This document shows, piece after piece, positions 13,254-26,670 of a stretch of DNA of 57,524 bases (positions are counted from its first letter, which is position 1; each line of letters starts with the position of its first letter). Origin of the DNA: Spongospora subterranea f. sp. subterranea (lineage: Eukaryota); the NCBI GenBank assembly GCA_049724395.1, contig JAUGWO010000039.1, positions 62,001 to 119,524 on the forward strand, in the 5' to 3' direction. The position numbers were made by a program, and so were the translations under genes. Below the pieces are notes generated by a model. It made no database searches. It was not told the origin of the DNA and worked only from the letters and a program-made list of their open reading frames with translations.

Positions 13254-13620
13254 TTAGGAGGTCACCTTTGAATCGTTGGTCTTTTCCCAAGAAATCGAGT
13301 CATAATGTCGGTTCTGGGTTGTCATCAGCGTGTTTATGTTCAGGTTGCGACACGCGGAAAGTGTTTGTGTAAATGTCAGGATACCGGTAGCTTTGAGGAG
13401 AAACGGTCCGACAAATCGGTTTTCCAGCTTTGGGCAAGGCCGAGATCCAATCAGTTCTTTCGACCAAAACCGAACCGCCGATTGCGTGTTTGACTGCGTC
13501 TGAACGATGCCTGTTGGCTGTTGCAGTTCACCGCTTGTCGGATTTGCGGCCGAATGCATAAATCGGTCTTTCTGGTAGATTTTTTTCCAGTTCTCATTGC
13601 AATCAGAGAAATTCCTCAAG
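13254..13620 (-). mobile_element. Gypsy integrase C-terminal remnant
   Basis: SRPCPKLENRFVGPF motif. Confidence 0.6.
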
Positions 13621-13933
13621 ATATATCTTCAAAATCAACAGTTTCCTCCATCATTTCCGGCCACAAACAAATCTCAACAGCGTTCCGTCGATGGTTCGAA
13701 AACTGCAATGATGAAAATGAGGGTCCCCTAACCCGTTCGATAACATGAAAGTTATCAATCGGACCCTGTCGACAATGAACCCAATCATCTTTACACAACT
13801 GGCCAGAATAGCAATAAATTGGGTCAAAAGCGTTGTGTATTTGAAAATACTTGTTGGATTCAGAATGAGCGTGATCGCGTGATTAGGAGTTCGGCGTTGG
13901 AATCATGGAGCGGGTTGTGACTTGGCGTAAAAA

Positions 13934-16032
13934 TCATGGAGCAGGTTGTGATTTGGCGCCCCAGAGACTCGATTTCTGTAGTTTAAGATAGGCGTATTCT
14001 AGCAAACCATAACGTCCACGGATTGCACGATAAACGACGTACTTCATCAAATCCACTAGTTGTTCTTCTTCGTCGGCTTCCATCGTGTCGACGATCAGCG
14101 CATTGTTAAAGCTCTGGACAGTGTCCTCCCATGTCTTCGCCACGACAATCTGCCGATATAGAGATGAAGGGAGGTCAGCGATGCAGAACGAAGGGATATC
14201 TGCAAGAAGCGGCACTTGATGAAGGTCGTCAATTGGCAGCGCCAACGTAGCGCGTGCTCGATTGAGCGCGAACACGATCGCACAGAGTTGATGGAACCAA
14301 CGGCGAGATGCTGATCTGTGGCCGAAGCCGATGGCGTCTGCGACATGCTCAGCTGTGGAGGATCTCCCTGAGAAATACTGAGTTGTGGGAATTTTCGCCA
14401 TCAGCGCGGACAAGAAGGTGGATTTCTGACGGGGAAGAACCGGATCAGCTTCGGACGACTTATGCGACGATAGCGATCGTTGTAAAAACATTTCGATTTC
14501 TAACGCCACTTGGAAAATTCGCATTTTACAGCTGTTCGGAGCGAACTTCTTTATCTTGTCGTTGGGCATCGCCAGTTGGAGCAAAAGAGGTGGGTAGTTG
14601 GCATTCAAGGCGATGATGACGTTGAGCAGAGCCGGCAAGAACTCGGAATGGACCAGCTCTTTGTCTAATCGATGTTCAAAGGCGTAATACAGCATCGGTA
14701 ATAGGTTGTCCAGCGAAAACTCTTCTTCAACTTTCTCTGATTTATCGACTTTGCTCACGTCTCCCTCCATTGAACTCGCTTGCGCTTCCACTAATCCATC
14801 GACTTTGCTCACGCCTCCCTCCTTCATCGCTGAAACAATGTCGGGGTAGTGCTTGTGAAGCAGGTTGATAGCTTCTTGCAGATGTGACATGTCCCCTTTC
14901 AGCGCGTTGACCAATAAAGGGTTCAGTTTGAACATCAGACGCGCCGATTCATCGTCATTAGCCGAGAATGCGCCTTCGGCTTTGATTTCTTTGAAATGCC
15001 GAGAAATCCTGGACAACTTGTAAGTCAGGATAGAGTCGATGGCAAAAATTCGGGCAATGATTTGAATTGCTCAATACTGCTGAAATCGACGCGTTGGTTT
15101 AGAGACGACGCGAGAGGTGCAGGTTGTATCTTGGATAACAGGGTGATGACAGCCAAAACCAAACACAACTGGTCGACAGCTACCTTGGTTTCAGGGAGAA
15201 GGCCATCGTAGAGGGCACCTGTCTGCCCAAGACCTTCGTCGATTTCCTGGTTCTCCCACAGCTGATCGAGCAACGCCGACGACAGGTCCGGCTTACGGAA
15301 AAGCGGCAAACTAGCGAAGTTACGCTGAACCGCGATATCGGGAAAACGCTCGGGAGCATGATTCTCGGGCCGATCAGCTCGTGGGAATTTCATTGAGAAC
15401 TGGGGCACTCGCTTTGGATCGTACAAAGGTTTTGCGACGTGATTGGGCGAGGCGATTGAAACCGATTTAACGGGTCTGCCTTGGTCGCTTTTACCGTTGT
15501 CGCTAACGCGTGTTTTTCCCTTGGATGTACCGCTTGTTGATGCACCGCTTGCACTGATCATGATTCCAGACCCGCTGCTTGTCGGTAGGTCGCTCGCCCT
15601 TCTTCTGATGATAGGACTAGATTTGCTTTTCGCATAGCCTCGATGGTTGTTTGGACTAGCTTCGCCTCTTTTACCAAATTGGCTGCTGCTTGGGGCAGAT
15701 TTGCTTTTGGCATAATAGGGAGTTGAATAGGCTGATCCACCAGAGCCTGGGCTTCCGTAAGCGTTATGAGACAGCGTATTTGGATTGACTGGACCACAGC
15801 GAACAAACAGGGTAAGCATTCGTTGTAAAAATGTCTTTTTCTTGGTCTTGAAGGGCGACACAAATGGGGATTCGGATTCATCTGAACTGTCGCCGTAATT
15901 CGAACAGGGCGAACAATCTTGCTTCACAGGATTGCCGTTGCTTGGTTGCGCTTGATTGCCCGCTCCATAGACATTCAATGCCAGCAGTGTACTGGCGACA
16001 ACTACAGCGACCAATGTGGAGATTCTGACCAT
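13934..16032 (-). pseudogene. Secreted effector-like protein (~700 aa) split by one frameshift near 15070 (or by an unrecognised intron)
   Basis: ATG at 16032 gives the signal peptide MVRISTLVAVVVASTLLALNVYG, then an S/P/K-rich region and a helical region; the frame of the 13934-15016 ORF stays open up to ~15070 and overlaps the end of the first ORF. Confidence 0.7.
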
Positions 16033-16064
16033 AATGGCAGTTGTAGGTCTGTGGTTAAATCTAT

Positions 16065-16072
16065 GTGAATGA
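16065..16072 (-). promoter_or_regulatory. Initiator-like TCATTCAC, 32 nt upstream of the ATG
   Basis: Same octamer at nearly the same spacing before the ankyrin gene (55516-55523). Confidence 0.4.
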
Positions 16073-17470
16073 TTGGCAGATCTTGATGGGATGGACGTCG
16101 ACTTCGGATGCCGTAGAAAAGCCCGTAAACTCAGAATGTTCGTGCAAGAACTCTGGCCAAACCCTGCCGAACTCCGTGACACTCTAACCGCGCTACTTAT
16201 AATATTAGCGCCACTGTCATCAAGGGTATTTTGTGTAACAGGTGATTGACTGACTGGAGACATCATCCACATCGCCGTTGCATGACCGCCAGTCAAATCA
16301 TGGCCAATCATATGTAACGACAATGGACCCCAAAAACTGCGCGTCTTAATGTGGATGGTGTACATGCGCTAACGTTCCGAAATCACAAGAACTGTATGAT
16401 GGCCAGATCGCTCTGTCGGCTCGTGGGTTCTGTTCAGATCCATTTCGCTAATGCTGGATACTCTGGCGACTTTCTCCCCATTAACGGCGTTTTTGCAGAG
16501 GATCAAAGCATTTATACGTCAATTTTCTGTTTTTTTTTTATAAACCACTGAGCCTTACATCATGAGATAATGCTGTCCATGGCTTCATTCGGGTGCGTCT
16601 TTTTCGAACGCGACCCAGCACTTCCTGTGTATCCTCTTATAGGTATGCAATGGCCAACGCACCGGTAAGGTAGCGCCATGTCCTCAATGCCGACACACGA
16701 CGAACATGGACACTGTTAGGAACGTAACACAGAAGGTAACACTGTGGTTTCAGCCCTTACTGGTAAGTCCGGAACCGACGAAGGGATTCCCTACTCTCTT
16801 GTATGGTTGCCGACAAAAATTCGCCACCGTGCGTCTCATCTCGAATTTGTTCCTGTTTATTAGATCGTATCGCCACTCCGTTACTCACCATGCCCTCTTC
16901 CCCATCCTCGTGGCGTTACGCAGCCATGTTCCTCGCGGCGAAACCAACGACGCCCTCAATGAAATCCTCAAAGCGCTGGCGAATTTACAAGCTAGCGTTG
17001 CCACCATGGGTCAGCGTTTGAGTACATGGTCCTTCAGGTACAAGAAAGACAAGTTATATTGATGCCAAAGCTGTAGCTATGGATTTCAACAGCCGCAGTT
17101 GGCCATCGAGTTTTTGGATCAACGAATATCAACAATCGCTAAGAACGAAATCTCTACTTGGGCCGAGCCGACACATGAAGTACCCTCAGGCGCTCACCTT
17201 CGGATGAAGCTCTGGTTTCTGGAGCTTTTTTACGGATGCTTCCAATAGCACCCGTATGACCCCTGCCCTTCTCGATGGCACTGTTCCAACTCCAACTTGT
17301 CTTGACCAAGATGTAAATACTGACAATTGAGGCTGGTGACGATCCCTCGTATAATCTTGTTGAAATCGGGTGTGTGTCGATCCGGTTGAAGATACTGTTG
17401 AGTGCCCATCCGAAACCATTGCTTCGAATATTTGCATTGCGGCCGGTTCGCGCTTTGCCACATGTGAAGT

Positions 17471-18265
17471 ATGCTGTCTACCGTGAAGGAACTCCCCCAT
17501 CCGATCCATGGCCCGACCGTTAAAGTCTGGCAGCGAGGAAATATTTATTGCACATTCAAAGACTCCGTTGTCAAAACGGATAAAAGAGGTATTAAGTCAA
17601 CCTGTACTTGGTCAATGGATTTTACCTTTGATAGACCCTCTTCAGAATACATTATCACCAGCAGCGGCCAAGACCACAATCATGAGATTGATACTTATAA
17701 TATAACTCCCGTCGGTGGACTGAAACAAGAATTTTTTTTTGACGTGGATCTTGATGCAAGCGAGCGTGAATTAATTCATAGTTTGCTCGCTAAAATTTAC
17801 CGTTGTCTAAGGTATCCGTTGTTTGCACGTCTACAGTAAATAAGATTACTGAGAGCCCATCCAATCAGATTAGGGAAGGATCAAATCGTGGTAAAAAGTA
17901 GTCGACTGGCCTCTTGTCCAGGAAAATCCGACGCGGAAAAGAATTGCATTTTGGCAAGATCAGGATTGTATGATCGATTTCATGGAAGCGGGCTATGATC
18001 TTCGGGCTGCTGGAGGTGTTTTTAAGTATGCTATAGACATGCCGCAACGTCTATCAACTGTTTACTTGCAGGTGTCAATCATCAATGTTTCGTTTATCTC
18101 ATCATTTTGTTTACCTATGGTTCAGACTGTTCAGATGTCGCAATACGCCACAGTTTATGGCGACTTTTCTATTGTTGATGGTACCCATAACACCACCCCC
18201 TATAATTTTTAAGTTGATGCCGTTTACCAACGTTAATTGCCTGGGTAAGTGTGTCATAAATCAAA
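17471..18265 (+). mobile_element. Mutator/MULE transposase remnant
   Basis: FAR1/WRKY-like C...C.W...HNH domain, then YGDFSIVDGTHNTTPYNFKLMPFTNVNCLG (MULE first catalytic Asp). Confidence 0.75.
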
Positions 18266-19128
18266 TCAATATATGTGAACGCGAAGCGCAAGAGCGGACC
18301 GGTGTAAAAAAAGAACCCATTGGTCAAGCAACGCAATGGCAATCGTTCGAATGTCATCCGCCCATCGACCATGGGCGAGCACCTTGCAGGCGGTCGCAAA
18401 GATTTATGCAAACTCAATAAGGCTTGTTCAGGTTCGGGGGTTTGCGTTTCTGTATGCGACCGCCTGCAAGGTGCTCGCCCATGGTCTGACATTCGAACGA
18501 TTGCCATTGCGTTGCTTGACCAGTGGGTTCTTTTCTTACACCAATCCGCTCTTGCGCTTCGCGTTCACCCATGGTTGATGGGCGGATGACATTCGAACGA
18601 TTGCCATTGCGTTGCTTGACCAAAAATGCCTGTGGCGGGGAATATACGTTCGGGTGAAAAACAAAACGGCACGTACACCCTCCGCCACAGGGATTTAGGG
18701 ATAGATACCTGCCCGACCTGTGGCAGATTCTGCCACGAACGTACACTGTATGGGTGCTATTGCCTATTGGAAGCACCCACAGACGGCTCACCATCCCATG
18801 AAGCACGGGTTTCTGGAGTTTTTCGACGAGGATGGCAATTGCCACAAAGGACTGGAGATGCTGTCATATTCGATAGTTTGATTTACCATCAGGCTCCGCG
18901 ATTTGTTGGCGAGTTGGATGGAATATCGGAGTAGCGGCTGTGGCGCCGGCGGAGTAGCGTACGCTTGTCGAAATATCAAGGGAATTCAACTTGGCGGCGG
19001 AATGCGATTGTCAATGGATTTCAAATTATCACTAATAGTAATCAGTTAGATTTTGTTTTCCAACCGAACCCGACTGTTTATCTGTTTCTTCGCTGTACTA
19101 TAATCGACCCCAAACGCTCCAATGTGTC

Positions 19129-19400
19129 GTGGTGGACATCACTATTGAAGTCTCTTCCCGCCAAATAAGAACGAGTGCACTGATTGATTGTGGCGCGACA
19201 TCAGATTTCATTGACCGAGCGTTTGTTGGCCGACGCGCAATTTCATGTCGTCCCAAACTCATTCCTGTGGCTGTCAAAGTAGTAGATGGACGACGTCTTC
19301 CACCGATAACCCACGAATGACCACCTCGCTGACAGGGTTCTTTCAGGACCTTATCGCAATGCACGTGATCGAATCACCAAATCATCATGTTATTCTGGGA
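19129..19400 (+). mobile_element. Gypsy aspartic protease remnant
   Basis: ALIDCGATSDFID...VVDGR. Confidence 0.8.
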
Positions 19401-19661
19401 ATCGGAAACAACAGTGTGTATTCAGGATGGTTGGATTGCGTGCCCGACGATCGGGGCAGAGCGGCGACGACATGTCCTGCTTGTCGGCAATACATACATA
19501 AACCGAAGTCCAAGCAATGAGGACGAATTTCAGGAGTAAATCGCGAGCGTATCTGAGAATTGGCGATGGTGAACAGTGTTTTACTTTTCGATCGGGTACC
19601 GGAAGGCCAAGAGCTTGGCCTTAGCTGTCATAGCCTTTGGCGTATCTAATTCAGATTTCCT

Positions 19662-19970
19662 CTAGGCGCTCCGCCAGTGGCGGGTGTAGTGATTTGCAAA
19701 AAGCTCTCTCTCGCTCATGCCTAACCCTCCTGTGGCAGCTTCAGCCTCATCTTGACGGGTCGGGAACTCGCGAATGTGCTGCTCAGGATCTCCAGTTTGT
19801 TTACAATCTTCAAATCGTTGCTCAGCTTCTGCAGCGGTATATTGTGGACAAAACAGCTTCAGCTTGGCGCTGGCCTCAGCGAACGGCGGTTCCGGTGACA
19901 TTCGACGGACGATCCTCTGGGGTTCGCCTTGCAAGTTTGCGAGTAGCAGCCGGCGAACGTGTTGGGGCAT
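19662..19970 (-). mobile_element. Retrotransposon gag-like remnant
   Basis: AEQRFEDCKQTGDPEQHIREF. Confidence 0.45.
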
Positions 19971-21891
19971 GGGTCTGGGCTCGATTGTGGCGGGTCCAAC
20001 ATGTAAAAATAGCCATCACCGCTCGCTGGCACTCAGGTGGCCTGTACCGTCGAACGGTTGAGCTCGATACACTTTGTCATTGTCTTCGACAGCAACAAAG
20101 TTTTCATCCTGTGTCGACTCGGCTCGAGTAGAGATTTCATAATCTCAAATGTTTTGAACGACTGGACACAAACTGGTGTCAGACTGTGTGGTTTGACCGT
20201 CTATTGGTTGGTTCGTGAAAGAGACATAGAGGTCAACCGAGTTCGACCTGATAGGTCTCGCTGGATTTTCTTCTTTACGTACAGTGGATCATTTTGGAAC
20301 GCCATCATAAGCCTACTCTGCCAATGGTTTTGGCCCTATAATGTTGGCAACTATTCAAGGGCGTGATTCGCCACTTGAACAATCATTCATGGACTACACA
20401 CCGGTTAAATCTCACTTCGACAGATTCAGCGCAGAGTTGGAATCAAAGCAGACAAAGCCTAAATGCTATATATGACCTATCAAGAACGAATTCATCTCGC
20501 CAAAACCTGGCGGTTTTCTTGCCCCACAAATCCCGCAACTAACCAGAAAAACAGCAGCAAGCAACAAACTCCCAAGACAAACAAAAGGGGGATGCAAACG
20601 AGGAAAACACTTGAAAACGAGAAGGCTCAATAGAGACAGAAAGAAGCATTCACCACCCTGAAAGAAGAACGTGCTTTTAGGGCGGTATCTTCAGCTTTCG
20701 CATCTTCGTTTGTTTCCTTGGTTGCTGACCTGTTTGTCTGTCATGGGAATGTGCTGCCTGTTGCTTTTTGATCTGGTTGGTTGCGGGATTCATGAGGCGA
20801 GGAGACGTCGCAGACCGCCCCGCTTTGGGCGGCGAATTCCGGTTTTTGCTTAACTGGACCGCAACCTGAGCGTTTAGCGAGCAAGTCCTTGAATACCACA
20901 ACTATAGCATCGCGATCTGCACCAGCGCTACCGCCATAAAGTTTCTCATTGTTCTCATGCATTCAGCCGCAAGTCCTGCTCGTCGAGCCACCGCAACGGC
21001 CATCCATGACGTGCTGTCGCACTCGTCATCTTCTCGGTTTCCAAGTTGAACATTCTTTGTCCCAATGTGAAGAAATGTCCAAACCTTGAGGTAATCAGCC
21101 CATTTTGTCTCAATCGCAAACCCTCAGCGCTCGCCTTGGTTTGTCTGATAGTGGGCCCTTCAGGAAATGAATACTTTTTCCAGCGACAAGACCTGAGTTC
21201 CACCCCAGATTGGATCACAATTGGGCTCCATTTGGCGTGGAAAATGGTCTCACCAACAGAACGTCTTCATTTGTCATACATTCGCTTGTGTAGTATGACA
21301 TTGACCATACCTGCCAAGAGCAATGGCTTCTCTCGAGTGCCAATCACCAAGTTTTCGACAGGCATGGAAGGTCTGATAAAATCTCAATTCCCTGCTTTGT
21401 TGAACTCAGCGTTTTCCAAACCGATAATCGCGGGTGTATGATCACCTGTATATGTCATAGAAGCCAACATCTCTTGGTTTCGTCAGCTACCGAGAGAAAC
21501 ACATTTGCTGAAGCAGTGCTTGCATTTCAATCAGATTTTTCATGGCCGGTTTCAGACGGCATCAACAGCCCCGAGATCAGTTCACGTGGATGTTCACCCT
21601 TCTGGATCATAAACGGTGCTATATAGCATTTCAAATTCTGATAACCCGAGCAATGTCAAACCAAGCTACCTGTAATTTCCTACAAGGATTCGCTATGTAG
21701 CTTTCTCATTCAAGTTGTCAACCTTGATTGACTTCGGAGTCGTTGCCAACGAGACCCATAGTTCTGCACGGGCAAAATAGGCAGCTTGAAATTTGCAGAG
21801 CAGACGTCATTTATTATCAACTGATATCGTCGGGTAGGATTGTTGGAATTTACCAGTACCAAAAACATTGGATGGGTCCAGGAAAAAACAA

Positions 21892-21972
21892 AGTCAACGA
21901 CGAGATTTGAACTCGCGCGGGCAAGCCCAATCGATTTCTAATCGATCTCCTTAACCACTCGGACACATTGAC
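21892..21972 (-). tRNA. tRNA-Ser (AGA)
   Basis: Acceptor stem GTCAATG/CGTTGAC, anticodon arm ATCGA-TTAGAAA-TCGAT, long variable arm, GTTCAAATC T-loop, downstream T6 terminator. Confidence 0.93.
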
Positions 21973-23610
21973 ATTATTGAACTTTCTCATCAGCAAGTTT
22001 GATACGAATCCCGACTAATTTGTGATCAAGATTTGTCAAGTTCATCCCATGACGAGTGTAAAACGATTTGGGTTGCATGAATTGGGTGTTAGTCTGTTGG
22101 TGTTAACACCCGAAAACCAGTATATGCACTTGGTGTTTACAAATCACCAAATATGACTGATGTCAGAGTGAAATGTTTCATAAAACAGCCAAGACGGTTT
22201 TGGAATGCTTTGGGTGGTCGAAGTACCACAATTGGTGTTTTCATTGTCTTCCATCCGAGATTGAAGGTAAAACCTCCGTCGCGACCTCGTCGTTCCTGAC
22301 GGCTTGATTTAACAAATTCGGCGGAATCACAAACCACATTGATGCTGCGTTTTCTTTATGTTGTGACCTCAACGATGTCGGATGAACTCTATCTGATATC
22401 TTGTTGAAAAGCCAATCTGCAAAGAGAGCAAAAAAAACTGGAAATTTGTTGTGCTTTGTATTCAAAACTCTTGAAGAACACACCTGTTCAAAAGGTCGTC
22501 TTTGAGCGCTAACCCAAGGGAAGCTGGTGTAAACTCTTCTTCATCAATGGCTGCTTGCAGGCATTGTCGAACAATAGGGTTGGATTTGATGCTGCACCAA
22601 CTCTCGTTCGGCATTTGTGACTCGCCTACTGACCAGACGGCGTTCCCCTCATTCGAAATAATCGCTGCAACTCAGGCTTTTTGTTTGCCTTTCATTTGAC
22701 ACAATATGCACCGATATCCCTATTTGAGGCTTCGTCAGCGACGGTTTCTTCGTAAGACGCTCCGTTGTTTTCTTCACAATTTTCAGTATCGCATGGCTGC
22801 TGCTGCCGACGAGTACTGCTTGCGCTCGTTGACCCTAATCCGATATCAACAATTTGCTGCAACAAAGTATGACAAATGATATGCGTATGGGAGTTTTTGT
22901 AGAGACTATGAGCAAACTCTGTAACCAGAAGGAAGTGTGAACGTTAAGATGCTTACCCAGCGCAGGCATGATGGACGGCTTCATGCCGTCGTAATACAGG
23001 CCACCCCCTGAGGTAGTATCAACCCTGTGAAATAAAACCCGTTGTACATGATCATGGCGAATAACGAATATTCGACATCCCTCAACAAGATCCGCCTATC
23101 GATGTGTTCGCAAGTTTCGTCAGGCTTGGACAGACGGTCTCGACTCGGAGTAATGCCGGTGCAACCTGAAGTGTGAACCGTTTCTGTCCTTCAGAACCGA
23201 AACTACAATAAAGTTCGAGCTACCTTATCCAACATCTCTACTTCCCAATGCGAGAACGGGGCCCGCTAGCTTCGCTATAACAGTAGCGTCCCTGCTCGCT
23301 ATATAGGACAGGTGCCCTGATTGGGGATGCTACTTCAGAACTCCTCAGTTGTAAGATCTAGGAACCGCTCGCTCATTGTTACCATTTCTGGCCTACAAGT
23401 GCCAATTCTTAAACACGAATGAGAATCATCATAACAAGGATCCTCATCAGAACGGATTAACACAACCGGAAGCGATCCATCTCCACCCCTCTCATAAGGC
23501 GGTGGCCCTACACAAGCACGAGCGCAACGCTTGTTGCTGATTATTACGAACACAAAATTTCGTTCACACACACCGGCAATCACAACCATCCTAGACCGCA
23601 TCCTACTTGA

Positions 23611-24215
23611 CTAAAACCGTCCGTCCACGCATCGCTGAAACAGATTGTCGAAAATTCGCGTTCGACAATCGAGTTTGATGCTGCTTGTAGCAGTCCGTTT
23701 TGCCCCAGGCAGAGATGTTATTTTTGGAAAACCAATCAATTTACTAATGTGCAGAGTTCCCACAGATGGACTCGTAGCGGTGCCTATCAACAACGACTTC
23801 GGGTTGAGCTCGGGAGCGATCTCGACAATCTGTTTCAGCGATGAATGGGTGGATGGTGTTACTCGGATAGGATGCGGTCTAGAATGGTTGTGATTGCCGA
23901 TGTGTGTAAACGATATTTTGTGATCGTGATAATCAGCGGCAAGCGTTGCATGGCACTTAACATGCACGAGACCAAGTTGTTGAACAGCGCATAGTCCCTG
24001 AGAAAGACGGGGGTCACAGCCTTTGAACTTGTTCCTTGGCGGGATCTGGGCCGCTCAAAGAAGACACAACTTTCAATATGACAATCATAGACCCCGAGGG
24101 AACTCTTCCTGATTTTTTTTGCTCGACTTTGTTCGATAGAAACGATGCTCAACAAAGCGTCGGCCAATCGCAATAGAAACTGTTTCCCAGCCACGTCAAA
24201 ACAACCATTGCCCAA
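23611..24215 (-). mobile_element. Diverged GCM-like domain transposase remnant
   Basis: HVKCHA..HIGNHNHSRPH...LKQIV..PELNPKSLLIGT aligns by eye with the 30154-30618 copy. Confidence 0.6.
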
Positions 24216-25290
24216 CCAGCCGTAATGTCAATCGCAGAGTAGTTGTCTGGAGTTCGAACTCAAGACAACATTTATCGCTCGGAACCTCATCCATGACGTT
24301 GGAAGCAGGCTCAGAAGAAGACCCTTTGTCTGGAACCTGCTCTACAGCGTTGGAACTTGGCTCAGAAAAAGAAACTTGTCCTCAAACCCAGCGATGTAAG
24401 ATCCGACTCCAAAGTCATCTCCTCGACCCAGTATTTTGAGCAACGACAGCCATCGTTGCGTACAGATTGTCGTTAAACAGTGAGGTATCATTTCGAGACG
24501 CAACGCCTAGTTCTGCTGGTGCCGGTCGCCTTGATGGCGATAGAGTAAACCTGACAGGGGCTGTTCCCTGTCACCCATTTCTACAGTCATTTCTACCTTT
24601 CTGGGGTTCACAGTTGAGCAACCGCGCGCGGCCAGCGTCCCCGTCGAGCGGGAATGGTGCGCGGCCACTGGACAGACCAAGTCAAGCCAAGATACAGTCG
24701 CCCAGTGGTGTCCGGCTCTGCTCAACTCAACAAGATTTCCTTTGCACCTGGGTTTACACCCACCGTTCACAAAGGATTGAAGCTGATGTAATACACTGTT
24801 CGATATTCGAAACTTTATCATTAATGCACTAAGGAATGAAAAAAGGATTCGGGAGGCCTCAAGCAGACATAACTTAACTTTTCACATTTGATTGTTTCTG
24901 ATTTCTTGCCCCAGCGATACTATTATGGCGCTGAGGCATTGACACAACTTGCTTCAACCAAAATCGGCGCGCCAAATCGGTTTGCGCTGGATTTGTTTCC
25001 AGGCCAAGACTATCAGGATTGTGAAGTGGATTACCATCTCCAATTTACTCAACACCAACAAGGAACACACATGTTAAAGTCAGGTACTTAATTGAAAACG
25101 GACAGATTGGTTTGGAAATGTCAGGGAACTTCTACTGGTATTCAGCAAATAGGGTCATTTGGCCAATGGCATTCGCATTGAATCTCTTAGACCAATGATA
25201 TTTCTGCCGTTTGGCATTGTCCCTGATACCAAACGGTTTTCATTCATCATGGGACGCGCAAGTCTGGAATATGAGTCGTGTTCTAACAGA

Positions 25291-25497
25291 TGATAACGGG
25301 CCGACTCCATCTTGTGATAATGGCCGACTCCATCTTGTGATAATGGCCGACTCCATCTTGTGATAATGGCCGACTCCATCTTGTGATAATGGCCGACTCC
25401 ATCGTGTGATAATGGCCGACTCCATCTTGTAATAATGGCCGACTCCATCTTGTGATAATGGCCGACTCCATCTTGTGATAATGGCCGACTTCATCTT
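25291..25497. repeat. 23-bp tandem array, 9 units (GATAATGGCCGACTCCATCTTGT)
   Basis: Read directly. Confidence 0.98.
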
Positions 25498-26510
25498 ATC
25501 CAAAGTTGACTACGGAACATGATTCATTCTGATATTGTCTACTCAGAAATATGATGAACGGGGGAACTCCATCGTTTAGTGATCGTATTGCCGCCCTGCC
25601 ACGATTGATAATTACCGACGACATGTTCGATGAGAGAATGATAATGATGAAGAGTCGTCATCCTCCTCCAATAAGACGAGCGTCATTGCGAACGAGTCAT
25701 TCCCCTAATCATCTCTTCCCTTCAAGACGGTGGCGCACCACAACACCGTTCCCTCTCCCCACTATCGGTGAAGAAACTGACAATACAAACAATAAACACA
25801 GCAGGTTATGAGATAAGTCTGGATAATGATGACTTGACAATGGCGATCGCCACTTTGAATGAATGAGACATCGACAATGGTGATGTGATTCATTGAAATA
25901 CTGGTAATGCGAACAGGAAACCGCATAGCTGTTGACCAATGAGCATTACCATCAGCAAAACTGGATTGAACCAGCCAAGAATTGTTGAAGGTCCCTCATG
26001 TTCCGAACTTGGAGCCGCCAGGCGATTTCCGCAAGTCCAAGTGTTGGAAAAGACGCAAAGATTCGAACAACATAGAGAGGTCTCAACCTTTTATCCGATA
26101 ACTTATCTCGCGCTCGTTTTGAAGATAATTTTTATTGAAAGGGGCGTTTAGCATTGGTCTTCACGATCATAGATAGCCACATTTTATTGTTTGTATTGTC
26201 AGCGGTCTCCTCGCAGTTGTGAAGCTCAATTTCTTCAAGAATAGGAGAGAGAGGGACCGGTGTTGTGATCTAATCAAAATCCACACTAACAAGGTCCACA
26301 CCAAGTACTTCATTGAAAACGAACAGATTGGTTTCGAATGTCAGGGAACATCAACTGGTATTCAGCAAATAGTTTCATTTGGCCCATGTTACTCGCAGAG
26401 AATCTCCCAGGACAATGATATTTTGGCGGTTTGGCATTGTCCCTGATACCTAACGGTTTTCATTCATCATGGGACGCGCAAGTCTGGAATATGAGTCGTG
26501 TTCTAACAGA

Positions 26511-26670
26511 TGATAACAGGCCGACTCCATCTTGTGATAATGGCCGACTCCATCTTGTGATATTGGCCGACTCAATCTTGTGATACCGGCCGACTCCATC
26601 TTGTGATAATGGCCGACTCCATCTTGTGATAATGACCGACTCCATCTTGTGATAATGGCCGACTCCATTT
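26511..26670. repeat. 23-bp array, ~7 units
   Basis: Read directly. Confidence 0.97.

Noticed and set aside
16033..16365. N-terminal 111 aa of ORF 15025-16365
   Set aside because: The signal peptide and initiator-like motif point to ATG 16032
25551..25811. Module ORF MMNGGTPSFSDRIAALP... as a gene
   Set aside because: Copies diverge by frameshifts after ~40 codons; no recognisable domain
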